Of a DNA stretch of 64,000 bases, positions 21,360 through 33,949 are shown one piece after another (position 1 is the first letter of the stretch; every line of letters starts with the position of its first letter). This DNA is from Mobula hypostoma (lineage: Eukaryota): the NCBI RefSeq assembly GCF_963921235.1, contig NC_086108.1, positions 26,848,001-26,912,000 of the forward strand, read 5' to 3'. Position numbers and translations under genes: made by a program. Below the pieces are notes generated by a model. The model was not told the DNA's origin, ran no database searches, and was given only the letters and a program-made list of their open reading frames with translations.

Positions 21360-24300
21360 GTTCATTTTGAACAGTGTCAACATCACGCAGGCACTGGAAG
21401 TGCTGAATACCATGATCAACAGTCACATGGCAACAGCAATCTGATGCCTTCCATATCCATATAACCATATAACAATTACAGCATGGAAACAGGCCATCTC
21501 AGCCCTTCTAGTCCGTGCCGAACTCTTACCCTATCCTAGTCCCACTGACCTGCACTCAGCCCATAACCCTCCATTCCTTTCCTGTCCATATAGCTATCCA
21601 ATTTAACTTTAAACAACATCGAACCTGCCTCAACCACTTCTGCTGGAAGCTCATTCCACACAGTTACCACTCTCTGAGTAAAGAAGTTCCCCCTCATGTT
21701 ACCCCTAAACTTTTGTCCTCTAATTCTCAACCCATGTCCTCTTGTTTGAATCTTCCCCACTCTCAATGGAAAAAGTCTAACCACATCAACTCTATCAGTC
21801 CCCCTCATAATTTTAAACACCTCTATCAAGTCCCCCCTCAACCTTCTATGCTCCAAAGAATAAAGACCTAACTTGTTCAACCTCTCTCTGTAACATAGGA
21901 GATGAATCATAGTTTCCATAACTTCCCTACTTGTTTCCTTTACCTTACACAATTCAATATCCTTCTCCTTAGTGAGTACCGAAGAAAAGAAATTGTACAA
22001 AATCTCCCCCATCTCTTTTGGCTCCGCACATAGCCGTCCACTCTGATTCTCCAAGGGACCAATATTACCCCTCACTATCCTTTTGCCACTAACATAACTA
22101 TAGAAACCTTTTGGATTTATTTTCACCTTACTTTCCAAAGCAGCCTCGTATCTTTTAGCTTTTCTAATTTATTTGTTAAGATTCTTTTTACATTCTTTAT
22201 ATTCCTTGAGTACCTCATTAACTCCAAGCTGTCTATATTTATTGAAGATCAGATTTCAACAAGGCTACCTTTAAGAAGTTTCTGAACAACTACCACCAAC
22301 ATTTCATCTGTGGAACCAGAGAAGCCAACACACTTGACCACTGTTACACCACCATCAAGAATGCTTACTGTGCTAACAAACCAATGCCCTCACTTTGAAA
22401 AGTCTGATTACCTGGCTGTACTGCAAATTTCCAGCATACAGGCCAACACTGAGAACCACAGCCCAAGTGGTGAGTACAACAAAGGTATGGTCACAGGAGC
22501 TGGAGGAACGCTTACTGGATTGCTTTGAATTGGTGAACTGGACAACATTCATGGATTCATCTTCAAATCTGCATGAATATGCCATAGTTGTCACTGACTT
22601 CATCAAAACCTGTGTGGATGAGTGTGCGTCTTCAAGTGGACATACTGGACATACCCAAATCAAAAGCCATGGATGAACCAGGAGATATGAAGTCTGCTAA
22701 GGACTAGTTCTGTGGCATTCAAGACCAGTGATCCAGAACAATACAAGAAGTCTTGGTACAACCAACGGAAGGCTATTTTAAGAGTGAAAAAGCAATTCTG
22801 ATTGAAGTTAGAGGTAGAATAGGATGCATGTCAGCTCTGGCAGGGGTTGAAGCCCATTAATTCCTACAAAGTTAAACCTAACGTCATGAACGGCTGTGAT
22901 GCTTCTCTCCCAGGTGAGCTCAATGTCTTTTATGTACACTTTAAAAGGGAGAATAAAACTACATCTGTGTGAATCCCTGCAGCATCAGGAGACCCTGTGA
23001 TCTCTGTTTCATAGGCCGATATCAGTACATTTTTTAAAAGGGTGAACCCTCGAAAGGCATCAGGCCCTGATAGCATACCTGGTAGAGCACTGAAAACCTG
23101 TGCCAACCAGCTAGTGGAAATGTTCAAGGATGTCTTCATTCTCTCACTGCTGCAGCTGGAGGTTTTCACCTGCTTTAAAAGGGCGACAATCTTACCAGTG
23201 CCCAAGAAGAGCAGTGTGAGCTGCCTCATGATCATCACCCAGTTGTACTCACTTCTATTGTGATGTAATGCATGGTCATAGCCAGAATCAACTCCTGCCT
23301 TAGCAAGGACCTGGACCTGCTGCAACTTGCTTGTTGCCACTAAAAGTTTACAGTGGATGCAATCACACTGGCTCTCCATTTGGCCATTGGAATTCTAGGA
23401 CAAACGCAATACCTACATCAGACTGTACAATCATACTCACGGTATCAATCAACAAGCTCCAGGACCTCGGCCTCTGTACCTCCCTCCGCAAATGGATCCT
23501 TGACTTCCTAACCAGAAGACCGCAGTCAGTTCAGGTAGGTAATAACATCTTTTCCTTGCTGACAGTCAACACTGGTGCATCTCAAGGATGCATGCTTAGC
23601 CTACTGCTTTACTCTCTGTACACCCATGACTGTATGGCTAGGCACAGCTTAAATAGTTTCTATAAATTTGCCAGTGACACATCTACTGTTTACAGATGGT
23701 GATGAAGAGGCATACAGGAACAAGGTCAATCAGCTGGTTGAGTGGTGTTGCAATAGCAGCCTTGCACACAATGTCAATAAGACCAAGGGGTCAAACTCTC
23801 TGAAGATCTATTCTAAACGTTATCTGTTGATGCAATTACAATGAAGGCACAACAGTAGCTATACTTCAATAGGAGTTTGAGGAGAATTGGTATGTCACCA
23901 AGGACTCTTGCCAGTTACTTTTGGCATCACCATCTGATATGGAAAGGCCACCTCACAGGATCAGAAAAGACTGCTGAAGGTAGCAAACTCAGTCTGCTGC
24001 ATCATTGTATGCCTCCCCAACATTGACGACATCTTTAAAAGCCGATGCCTCAAAAAAGCAGCATCCATCATTAAGGACTCCATCATCCAGGCCAAGCCCT
24101 CTTCTCATGGACACCATCAAGAAGGAGGTACAGGAGCCTGAAGACATACACTCAATGCCTTAGGAACAGTTTCTTCCCCTCCAGCATCAGATTTCTGACT
24201 GGGCAATAAACTCATGTACACTACCTCACTTGTTTTTGCTCTGCTTTTGCACTACTTATTTAATTTAATTATATATGTATTTCATATTGTCATTTATAGT

Positions 24301-24390
24301 CTTTGTTCTGTATTGCATTGTACTGCTGCCATAAAACAAGAAATTTCACGACATACAGTATGCCACTGATATTAAACTTGATTCTGATTA
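21360..24390 (+). mobile_element. Rex1/Babar-clade LINE (EN plus RT), decayed, with a nested CR1
   Basis: EN motifs (T)RE.NTLDHCYTTIKNAY and PHFEKSDYLAVL; RT motifs NPRKASGPDSIPGRALKTCANQL and TGASQGCMLSLLLYSLYTHDC. The 3' tail is TGATTCTGATT. Confidence 0.85.
21458..22250 (-). mobile_element. Young CR1 copy with the RT domain internally deleted
   Basis: ORF 21536..22138 joins the pre-RT tether (NPKGFYSYVSGKR...FFSSVLTKE) directly to the C-terminus (YRERLNKLGLYSLEHRRLRGDLIEVFK). (CATATAAC)n tail. Confidence 0.85.
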
Positions 24391-25708
24391 AGAAAGAAGG
24401 AACAGATCCTTCACATATCACAAAACATTTAATCATTGCCATTGTTACAATCTTCCTCAAAGCTTCTGTGTTCAAGGCTATTTTGATACCTTCCATAAAT
24501 AACATCCACTGAAACTTGCTCTGAAATCTCCACAAAGTACTCTGCGAACATGATTGCCAATGGTAACCAGTCTTGGCTATAATCAGGCTCAGAATGGGAA
24601 ATGAAAACATATGCTTACCAACTCCATCTTCCAGGCAGAACAAACTGGGTCTGGGAGTCTGTGTTTGATCACCGACTTGCCAACATGATGATATTTGTGC
24701 TCTGAAATCTAAAGGTACAAACTCACTCAGATTCTGCCTCTGAATCCAGTCTAAATGGTAATGCACTGTTCAATAACGACTTTAGCAGCAGCTAAGCCTC
24801 TGCATACCCTTCATTGTTATGTTTTATTGAATGTTCCTCTGGCCTGAAGAAGCTTGCAAGGAGCTCCCTGCAGTGCTTCTGCCCTATTGAAGGGACAGGA
24901 TGACTGTCACATAGTCCAGGTGTCAGCACATTTCATCAGGATATGCTCTTTTCAATCGTCTTTGATCAATTCTGTATGTATAGTTGTGAACTTGTCAACA
25001 GGACTTACTTTCAGCTGCTGTGATCAAACTCATAAATATTCAGGAAGAGAAATTCAATTGAAAAAGTAAACATTGTACAGAGGCCAGAGTTCATACACCT
25101 CCTGAGCCTGTATATCACAATAGCTGCACACTCTGAGGGCTGAGTGCCAATCATTGTACACTTTCTATTATTCCAGTTGCTTTGTCTCATTGTACTGTAA
25201 ATTCAATAAATACTGGATAGACCAGTGGTGTCCAATCTATATTCAAAGAGAGAGTCAAACTTTTCTCAGCTCACTTGCTATGTGAACACAACAGGTCATA
25301 GCTCACTGCTTCTCTCAGGTTTAGTGAGTCAGCAGGTGGGGGTGGGGGAGGGGGCACCTGATGGTTTGAACATCCTCTTAGCCACATGTCGTTGGCTAAG
25401 CTTAGATAGTGGTTGTTTGGACACTATCTTAAGGTAGAAGTTGTCATATCAGACATAAATAGGAATGGGCAATGAAGCCCCTGAAGTCAGCTTCACCTTT
25501 CAGTAAGATCATAGCTGATATGATTGTTGGTTTCAATTTGACTTTCCTGCCTGATCCCTTAATCCTTTGATGACTTTGTCGTTCAGTCTTCTCTCCGTGT
25601 AAGCACTTACTCAATTCTCCGTCATACAGAATTCCAGAAATTCACAAGACACATTTATTAGCCAATCCCCTACCCTGAGACTTGTGAGATTTATCTGTTT
25701 ATTACTGA

Positions 25709-25903
25709 ACACACGCACACACACCCATGCATGGACACACATGGACACACACATTCACACACACATGCATGCATGCTATATGTTTTCACATACACACGCA
25801 AACACATGCATGCACACATATATGGAAACAGAGACGCAACCACACACATTTATCCACACACATAAATGTACACAAACACATACGTGAATGGATATGCACA
25901 CAA

Positions 25904-25954
<51 letters not shown>

Positions 25955-25965
25955 AACACATGCAC
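25709..25965. repeat. Degenerate (CA)n/(CATG) simple repeat with a pure (CA)n core at ~25909-25948
   Basis: Seen directly in the sequence. Confidence 0.95.
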
Positions 25966-26074
25966 GTGCATCCGCTGCTGACGGCTTGTGCATCCTCCGA
26001 TATACAATCCTAATATTCTTCACAAATCTCCTGCTGGTGACCCCAACACTAATTATAAAGCTTCTATTTCAATT

Positions 26075-27200
26075 CAGAAATTAAGGTGAACGGGGAAAGT
26101 ATAAAGGAAATATACTGTACAGGTAATTTTGTTTTTACATGAAGATGGCAGTGGGCGGATTTAAGATGGTGCAGGTGAACCTTGGCGACTGCTTGCTGGT
26201 GACAAATAAAACAAAGAAAACAACTAAATACTTCATTAATTACACTTTTTCAGCTAAACAATCACTACAAACAATAGTCTGTAACTTCCCTGGTGGAGCT
26301 GAACTTTTGAACCGCCTGTATGACCTGGCATTTTTGCAGTGGGAACTCAAGTCTGGAAGGTCAGGATGACTGCGGAGTTGTGTATATAGGCTGAATTAAG
26401 GCAGCGGGGTCCAAGCCGGAGAGTGGGGAATGAGCTAACGTTTGGCCATTCCTGGGGTGAACTTGGAGGCAATTGGATTCGGCAGAAGTGAGGCGAGGCA
26501 ACACAGAGTCGAGGCAATGGGGCGGACCCAGGCCTGAGAGCAAGGAAAGACCGGAGGTTTGATCGATTTAAGCAGCAAGCTGAAATGGAAAAATTGGGTC
26601 CGGGCCGAATTAAGGTGGCGGGGCACCAGCCTGAGAGCTCATTGAGACAGCAGGGTCCAGATCTGAGAGCAAGGCTGACGATTTAAGCGCTGGGCCAGAT
26701 TGAAAAGGACGGGATTTCAGGGCCAGAGGTGAAGGACAGGCCGGTTCAAAATCACTGCTCCGCGAGGTTTACTCATCTCTGCACTGAGCTGTGACTGTGA
26801 CCCACAACTATCACAGTGTGAACTCACTTGTGAACTTCAGCTCTGAATGCTACTTGCTTACTTTTCTTTGAATGGGTTCTATTAGGTTTCTTTGTTTTGT
26901 AGCTGCCTGTAAAAGATGAATCTCAAATTTATATAAAGTACACATACTTTGATGATAAATGTACTTTGACTTTGACTTTGAATGGTAGATGCCAAGAATG
27001 GGCTGCTAGTGCTGGAAGCAGATATAATAGTGGTATTTAAGAAGCTTTTAGACAGATACATGAATATGAAGGCAATGGAAGAATATAGATCATGTGGAGA
27101 CGGAAAGATTTAGTTCAATTTGGCAATGTGCTAAGCACAGACATCATGAGCTGAAGTGCCTGCTCCTGTTGCTGGGCTATTGTATGCCCTGTGTTCTATA
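26075..27200 (+). mobile_element. Old CR1 3'-end fragment split by the 26154-26981 insertion
   Basis: CR1 C-terminal and 3' UTR-like sequence at 26075-26150 and 26982-27200 (GCTTTTAGACAGATACATGAAT...GTGTTCTAT). Confidence 0.6.
26154..26981 (+). mobile_element. Non-coding, non-autonomous retroelement with a Rex1-type 3' tail
   Basis: Starts near AAGATGGTG (26163), has a GC-rich body with no TE ORF, and ends (ACTTTG)n like the Rex1 copy ending at ~54045. Confidence 0.6.
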
Positions 27201-28115
27201 ATTCATCATGAGCTAGGAAGTGCTGCCGAGCAACCACCTCGTGTCTACATTTTTTTTATGCTGCTGACCTGACTAACAGTGGTTGAAGCCTTTTAATACA
27301 CAGCAGCTGATTGTCATGGGTCATTTCAATCTTAAAGTGGTATGTGCATTTACAAACCACAGTTTGAGATAGTAATCTGGCAGTTTGACAGACTGCTGGT
27401 AACAGCCTGCATGCCTGTTGATGCAGACTATCATACATACAATTGTGCGTCCTCTTGCCAGTTTCAGTGTTGACCCAGTTCCATTAAGGAATGCATTGTC
27501 CCAGTCTGATTACTGCCTAATTCAAGGACATTGCTACTGATTATAGCTCTTAAAGAGTGACATCTATTATCTTCTCATAAATTGCTGTTTCTAGAACGTT
27601 CAGTTAGTTCATTTAATACAGAGCAGGCAAGCTGTGTTCTGATGGGAGAAATAGATTAATGTTGGATGAAAAGACGCCTTCCATTCTCAGATAAACATCA
27701 GAGCTGCAATCCTTGAAAAGAAACCGCCTTCATGTGAGAAGTCATCGCCTCTAGCACAAATGGTAATATCAATTTAGGTACACTATTTCTTCATTTAACG
27801 TATTAATGGTTAATTTGCATGAACATGATTCTTTTCATAAAAGGGCTCAAAGGAACAGTATCTTCTAGCATTCCATTAGGATTTGGGAATGAATTATCTC
27901 ATTATATTTGTAAATTATGACTAGAATTTACTTTCTTTTAATTCCTGTGGATGTTTTTAATGCTGTGATGGAACCACATCCTTTGCAGGTAGAGTGTTAT
28001 AGTGGCTGCCATGAATCCAACTGTGTGATGTTTCAATTACCAATCCATATAACCTCCATTATGGGTCCATTCTTCAAATGACACCACAAGTAACTCTGCT
28101 TTGGAGTTTGCTTTA

Positions 28116-28413
28116 GGATGTGGTATTAGAGTATTGGTTAACAAAACGCTCTACAGTGTCAGCGACCCAGGTTCAATTCCCACCTCTGTCTGTAAAGAGT
28201 TTGTACGTTCTCACTCTGAACACGTGGGTTTCCTCTGGGTGCTCCGGTTTCCTCCTACAGTCCAAAGATATACCGTTTAATTAGTTTATTGGTTATTGTA
28301 AATTCTCCCATGATTAGGCTAAAGTTAAATCAGGGGGTTGCTGGGCAGCATAGCTTGAAGAGCCAGAAGGAGCTGTTCCAAACTATATCTCAATAAATAA
28401 ATCAATAAATAAA
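28116..28413 (+). mobile_element. tRNA-derived V-SINE
   Basis: B box GGTTCAATTCC (28170), V domain GTGGGTTTCCTCTGGGTGCTCCGGTTTCCTCCTACAGTCCAAAGA, and a (TAAA)n tail. Confidence 0.85.
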
Positions 28414-29092
28414 AGGGCACACATTATTCCAGGAAATCTATTAACTCTCAATACTCTCTTTAGATATTCAGAAACTCTTTGTAAGCAGAGTTTTATAGAC
28501 TAAACCAATTTAATAATAATCAGCAAGCTTTTTAAAAATTGATGCCATCATATTCAGTACATTTTAAAAAATTAATTAAAGAATAAGTTGAAAGTATAAA
28601 AATAATGTGTGGGTGCTGGACATCAGAAGGATGACCAGAAAATGCTCAAAGCTCAGCAATTCTGGCACCATCTGTCTAAGGAGAAAGATTCAATCTTTTA
28701 GGTCTGGGACTCATGAACATTGCTCAGCTCCTTCTAAACAGAATCCTCGCCCAATGCAAATCAATTGTATCTAAAAATTTCAAAGCTATTGAATTTCTCC
28801 CTTTCCTCTTAAAAGTCAATCTCAGGGTCATGTAGATGTTAACAATAACTCAGAAATTTTCGTTCCTGAAATTTGAATAAACATCATTGTAATAGTGCAG
28901 GAAGCTACAGATCAATAGGTCAGAGTAGGATAGCAACAGAGAATAAAGTGATTTCTGTTCTCTTTATTTTATCGTGAAAGACTCTCAAACACTATTGTAC
29001 ATGCACCTAAATTGCCACAAATATAGATTACCCTTGAGACACACTTTTATCCCATTTTCTGACCTAAAGAAGGCCACTACTGCACACAAGGT

Positions 29093-32000
29093 TGTTGTGT
29101 ATTTAATATTTCAGAAATATGTGAGTAATATTGTAAATCTATTGTTTGATTAAGCATTCTTTATTTTTTAAATAATTTATTACAATTTAAATAAAATCAT
29201 GTAAAATAATTTATTACAAATTTAAGTAAAAGCACATTCTATTATGACGTGGTGGCATATGTTATTACACCACCACATCATAATAGAATGCCTCAATAAA
29301 GTAAAAAAAAAGAAACTAGAATACATGCTTATCCCAGTCTCACTGTGTTTTTCTTCCAATTAATTTCTGGAGATACAAAGCCTTACTCAAGGAAGTTTTA
29401 AACAAACTCAAACCAGCTAACGACCTGTTGAAGCACAGTGAGACATTCGAGTTTTAAAAGAAGCGCAGTGAGAAGTTCAAGTTTTAAAAAAGGCAGAAAA
29501 TGAATGAGTTAATAAACAGTGAGTACTGGGTGAAAATAATTATAAATAAATAAAAAAAGAGAACAGAAATGGCTGGCTACATCGGAAAGATAGAAGCAGT
29601 TTATTGCACTACATTACTGGTTGATGGATACTGAATGCATTGAGCAGTATTTTAAAAGCACATGAGAATTGAGTGCCAAGCTTGCTGAGAGCTATTGGTG
29701 GAAGAGCATATAGTTTGCTTAGAAATTTGACTGCTCCAACAAACCAGCTGAAAGGAGCTTTGCTGATATCATAAATGTAATGCAGGAACATTTAGAACCA
29801 ATGTCATTGTTGACTACAGGTTTCATAAGTGGAATCAAAAGGAATGGGAGTCCATTTCAGCTTAGTAGCTGAATTGAAGAGATTGTCTGAGCATTCTCAG
29901 TTCTGTGATAGGCTTAATGACACACCAAGAGATTGTTAAGTTTGTGGAATTTTACAAGAAAACATTCAAAAATGCCTCCTAACTGAAGAGCAACTTATTA
30001 CAAACTGCAGTTGAAATTGCTGTATCAATGGAAATGGCAGCCAGAGACGCAACTGATTTGCAATCAGGAAGGAAAGTGAGCATGAACAAAGTTACAACAT
30101 CTAATCAGAAGCCGACCTGGCCAAAGAGATCATGTCACCATTGTGGCAGGAGCTCACCTTCTCCAGATCAATGCAGATTTAAAGGCAAAACTTACAGAAA
30201 ATATAATAACGTAGAACACATACAAAAAACATTCCAGGCAGACAAAAATAATGGACTGCACAGAGAAGAGAAAAAGATAAAAGGTCAATTTGCAGTTTCA
30301 AAAAGATAACTAATCTGCACACTATTGGTGACAAATCTGAAAATAATGAGAGTGACACAGGAATGGGTAGCCTTGAGATTTACATTGTGAAAACCAACAG
30401 AGCCAAGCAACATGGCTTACACCAGATGTGAATGGCAAATTAATTAAACTGGAACTAGACATCAGCTTGGCTGTTTCAGTCATTCCACAAAATGGTTTTG
30501 AATGGCATTTCAAAGATACTGAACTGAAGCCTGTAAATATCCAGCTAAGAATATACTGGAGAAAAAATAACTCCTGTGGGAATAGCATTCATCACAGTAA
30601 ATGGCACATTAGGCTTGTATGTGGTAAAACCAGGAGAGCCGGAATTATGGGGTCATGGTTGGCTGAGACAACAATATGATTAAACATCCATCCACTATTT
30701 GCTTTCCACATCCCCTGCAATAAAGTCAACTGAAAGTGAATTAAGAAAGGTACTGAATAATGCCACAGCAGTATTCAAGGATGGCACTGGAAAATTCAAA
30801 CATATCTTGGGTAAAATAGTGTTAAATGAGAATGCCACATCCATTTTACAAAGCATATCTGGTTCTTCTATCATCCAGGATAAAATAGACAGTGAGCTAG
30901 GTCACATGGAGGCGGAAGGAATTCTTTCCAAAGTTGACTGGAACCCATGGACAATGCCGATGGTCCCAGTAGCCAAGAAGAATGGGTCAGTCAGGAGCTG
31001 TGGTGATTTTAAGGTCACCATCAAACCAGCACTGAAAGTAGATAATTGTCCCCTGCCCAGGATAGAGGATATCTTTGCAAACCTTTCTCGAGGGAAACTT
31101 AGCTGGACTTAGCTGAAGCCTATTTGCAGATAGAGATAGAAGAAAAGTCCAAAGTGTAGTCAATTGCGACAATAGGTTCCTGCAAAACTTTGCTACTGTG
31201 CTCCACCCCTTGAACTCATTACTACAGATCAGAAAGAAATGACAATGAACAAAGCAGCGTGAGATAGCTTTCCAAAAGGTAAAGGAAATAATGATATCAG
31301 ACACTGTACTCACACATCATGATCCACATGTTCCAGTGAAGCTTGCTTGTGATGTTTTGCCTTATGGTATAGGTGCAATCATGTCACATATTATGAGTGA
31401 TGGAAGTGAACACCCATAGCCTTTGCATCAGTTGCCCTTACTGCTCCAGAGAAAAATTATGCACAGGTGGATAGGGAGTACTCAAGTCTGTTTTAGGGTG
31501 TAAAACATTTTGACTAGTGAAAAAGGATCTAATGCTTTCCTGGTATACATGATGAATAAACACTTCTAGGGCTTCCAGTCGGGTACAGGTATCAATTTTA
31601 ACCAATGTTTTGATGGAAAACTCTGCCATCTTCATCAGGGATAATGATTGGGCCTGTCTGGTCTGGTGGTATTTACACCCCGTCATCTTCCCTCCTGATT
31701 GATTAGTCTCATCCGATCAGATTTCTGCTATCCCACCTTGTTTAAAATCAAATTTCAGTTCTTACTTAGAGCGAGGCCTTCACCCTTATTGAAATTATTT
31801 TCTTCTAGTTTTATTTCAATGGTTTCCTTTAGCAGGGGTTCCAACAGCCATTGGCATGTCTCAGTATTTTTGTACCATCGAAGTCAGTCCTATGGCCATC
31901 GCGAATGCAATGTTCTCCTACCACCAATTTCTCTGGGTACCCCAAATGGATATGTTTCCTGTGCTCCTTGATGTGGGTTTCCACCGTACATCCCTTCTGA

Positions 32001-32665
32001 CCAATGTGTGCTGCTTACAGGGAATCCTGTAAACGCCAGCTATCCTGAGTCCTGGGTCATCATTCGCACACACACGTTGTGATTTGAGCTACCTTACGAG
32101 GAAATAAGATGATTACACACAATGTTCCTACAGAATGGCTACAAGATAAAGGAAATCAATCAGGCCAATGGAAAAACCAGGAAACTTAACAAAAGGGAAG
32201 AACCTGCAGGTACCGCCCACCTTCCCTACATTTCCGTGCTTTCTGGAAGGATTCCCAGGATCCTAAAGAAATACCAGATTAATACCATCCACAAACCTGT
32301 AAGGAATTGATCATCAACCACCAGTTTCCATTTTCAATCCACAGAAAGGCATTCCGTGTACAGCAGCATGAATGCAGGAATGGGCTCCGGTTCTTGGAAG
32401 ACATAACTCCAATCTGGAACTTAGGAGGACAACTAATTGTGGAAATGCTGATGGATTACTCTTGGGAAAAGAAGTACCTGAAAAATTTACATAAACAGAC
32501 ACTCCTCTTGACGTATTCTCCCTAATGCAAATTGAAAGTCTCCCTAATATGGCAAAGATGATCAAAGGGGAAACCAGAAAAGACCACACTCTGTCTCAAG
32601 TCTACATAGCCGCCCAAAATGGCTGGAATATGCAGCAGAAATTCCAGTTCCACCATTTTTACCAG
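29093..32665 (+). mobile_element. Mag-like Gypsy LTR retrotransposon, heavily decayed, internally deleted and 3'-truncated
   Basis: AT-rich LTR-like segment from TGTTGTGT (29093 to ~29378). gag starts at 29569 (MAGYIGKIEA); double zinc-knuckle remnant CHHCGRSS..DQCRFK; protease VNGKLIKLELDISLAVSVI; RT PMVPVAKKNGSVRSCGDFKVTI..PLPRIEDIFANL; RNase H PVKLACD..YGIGA. No integrase core or 3' LTR is seen. Confidence 0.85.
31540..32370 (-). mobile_element. Second Penelope-like family: 3' end on minus with an inverted (+) upstream segment, nested in the Mag-like element
   Basis: Hammerhead-like motif on minus at 31602-31640. Degraded GIY-YIG C-terminus on minus to ~32050. Plus-strand linker ORF 32122..32310 (LQNGY...AHLPYISVLSGRIPRILKKYQINTIHKP). 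Confidence 0.7.
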
Positions 32666-33020
32666 CAGCCTCCTTCTCTTCTTAAAGAGTGAAGTTTCAT
32701 TTGCAATTTTCTTGTCCTCCAGATCCAACCCAGAATTTAGTTATTCTTGAAAAATCATTACTAATACCTCCAAAATCTCTTCTGCTACCTGAACTACCTC
32801 TTCAGCATCATTTTCCAGCAGTTCAATATCCACTCTCACCTCTCTTTTAAACTTTATCTATCTGAAGAAATTTTTAGTATCCTCTTTAATATTATTGGCT
32901 AGCTTTTGTTTGTTTTCCATCTTTATATTCCTAATGACTTCTTTGGTTGCCGTCTGCTGCTTTTTAAAAAGCTGTCTAATCCTCTAACTTCCTACTAATC
33001 CTTGCTGTATTGTATGCTCT

Positions 33021-33815
33021 TTCCCACCATTACCACCATTCAGGGCCCCAGACAGTCCTTCCAGGTGAGACGACACTTCACCTGTGAGTCGGCTAGGGTG
33101 ATATACTGCGTCCGGTGCTCCCGATGTGGCCTTTTATATATTGGCGAGACCCGATGCAGACTGGGAGACCGCTTTGCTGACCACCTACGCTTTGTCCGCC
33201 AGAGAAAGCAGGATCTCCCAGTGGCCACACATTTTAATTCCACATCCCATTCCCATTCTGACATGTCTATCCACGGCCTCCTCTACTGTAAAGATGAAGC
33301 CGCACTCAGGTTGGAGGAACAACACCTTATATTCCGTCTGGGTAAGCCTCCAACCTAATGGCATGAACATCGACTTTTCTAACTTCCGCTAATGCCCCAC
33401 CTCCCCCTCGTACTCCATCCGTTATTTATTTATATACACACATTCTTTCTCTCTCTCTCCTTTTTCTCCTTCTGTCCCTCTGACTATACCCCTTGCCCAT
33501 CCTCTGGTCCTCCCCCCCCGTCTTTCTTCCCAGACCTCCTGTCCCATGATCCTCTCGTATCCCCTTTGCCAATCACCTGTCCAGCTCTCGGCTCTATCCC
33601 TCCCCCTCCTGTCTTCTCCGATCATTTTGGATCTCCCCCTCCCCCTCCCACTTTCAAATCTCTTACTAACTCTTCCTTCAGTTAGTCCTGACGAAGGGTC
33701 TCGGCCTGAAACGTCGACTGTACCTCTTCCTAGAGATGCTGCCTGGCCTGCTGCGTTCACCAGCAACTTTGATGTGTGTTGCTTGAATTTCCAGCATCTG
33801 CAGAATTCCTGTTGT
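33021..33815 (+). mobile_element. Young 5'-truncated Penelope-like element: GIY-YIG endonuclease, 3' UTR and hammerhead ribozyme
   Basis: FTCESARVIYCVRCSRCGLLYIGETRCRLGDRFADHL...PVATHFN...EEQHLIFRLG, then a frameshift to SLQPNGMN. A pyrimidine-rich UTR and a CTGACGA...GAAAC motif follow. Confidence 0.93.
33684..33719 (+). ncRNA. Minimal type I hammerhead ribozyme motif
   Basis: AGTC-CTGACGA-AGG gtctcgg CCT-GAA-ACGT-C-GACT: intact catalytic core, stem I AGTC/GACT, palindromic stem III ACGT, predicted cleavage after GUC (33715). Confidence 0.8.
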
Positions 33816-33949
33816 ACACCCATATCAGAATTGCTTTTCCTCTAGTGGGCTTAGCTTCGAGCTGCTCTGAAAAGCCATCTCATAGGATTTCTACAAATTC
33901 CCTTTCTTGGGAGACAGCACCAATTTGATTTTATGAATCTACTTGTATA

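Noticed and set aside
25684..26084. His/Thr-rich and Cys/Val-rich ORFs
   Set aside because: These are translations of the (CA)n/(TG)n repeat. The same applies to 56754..56957.
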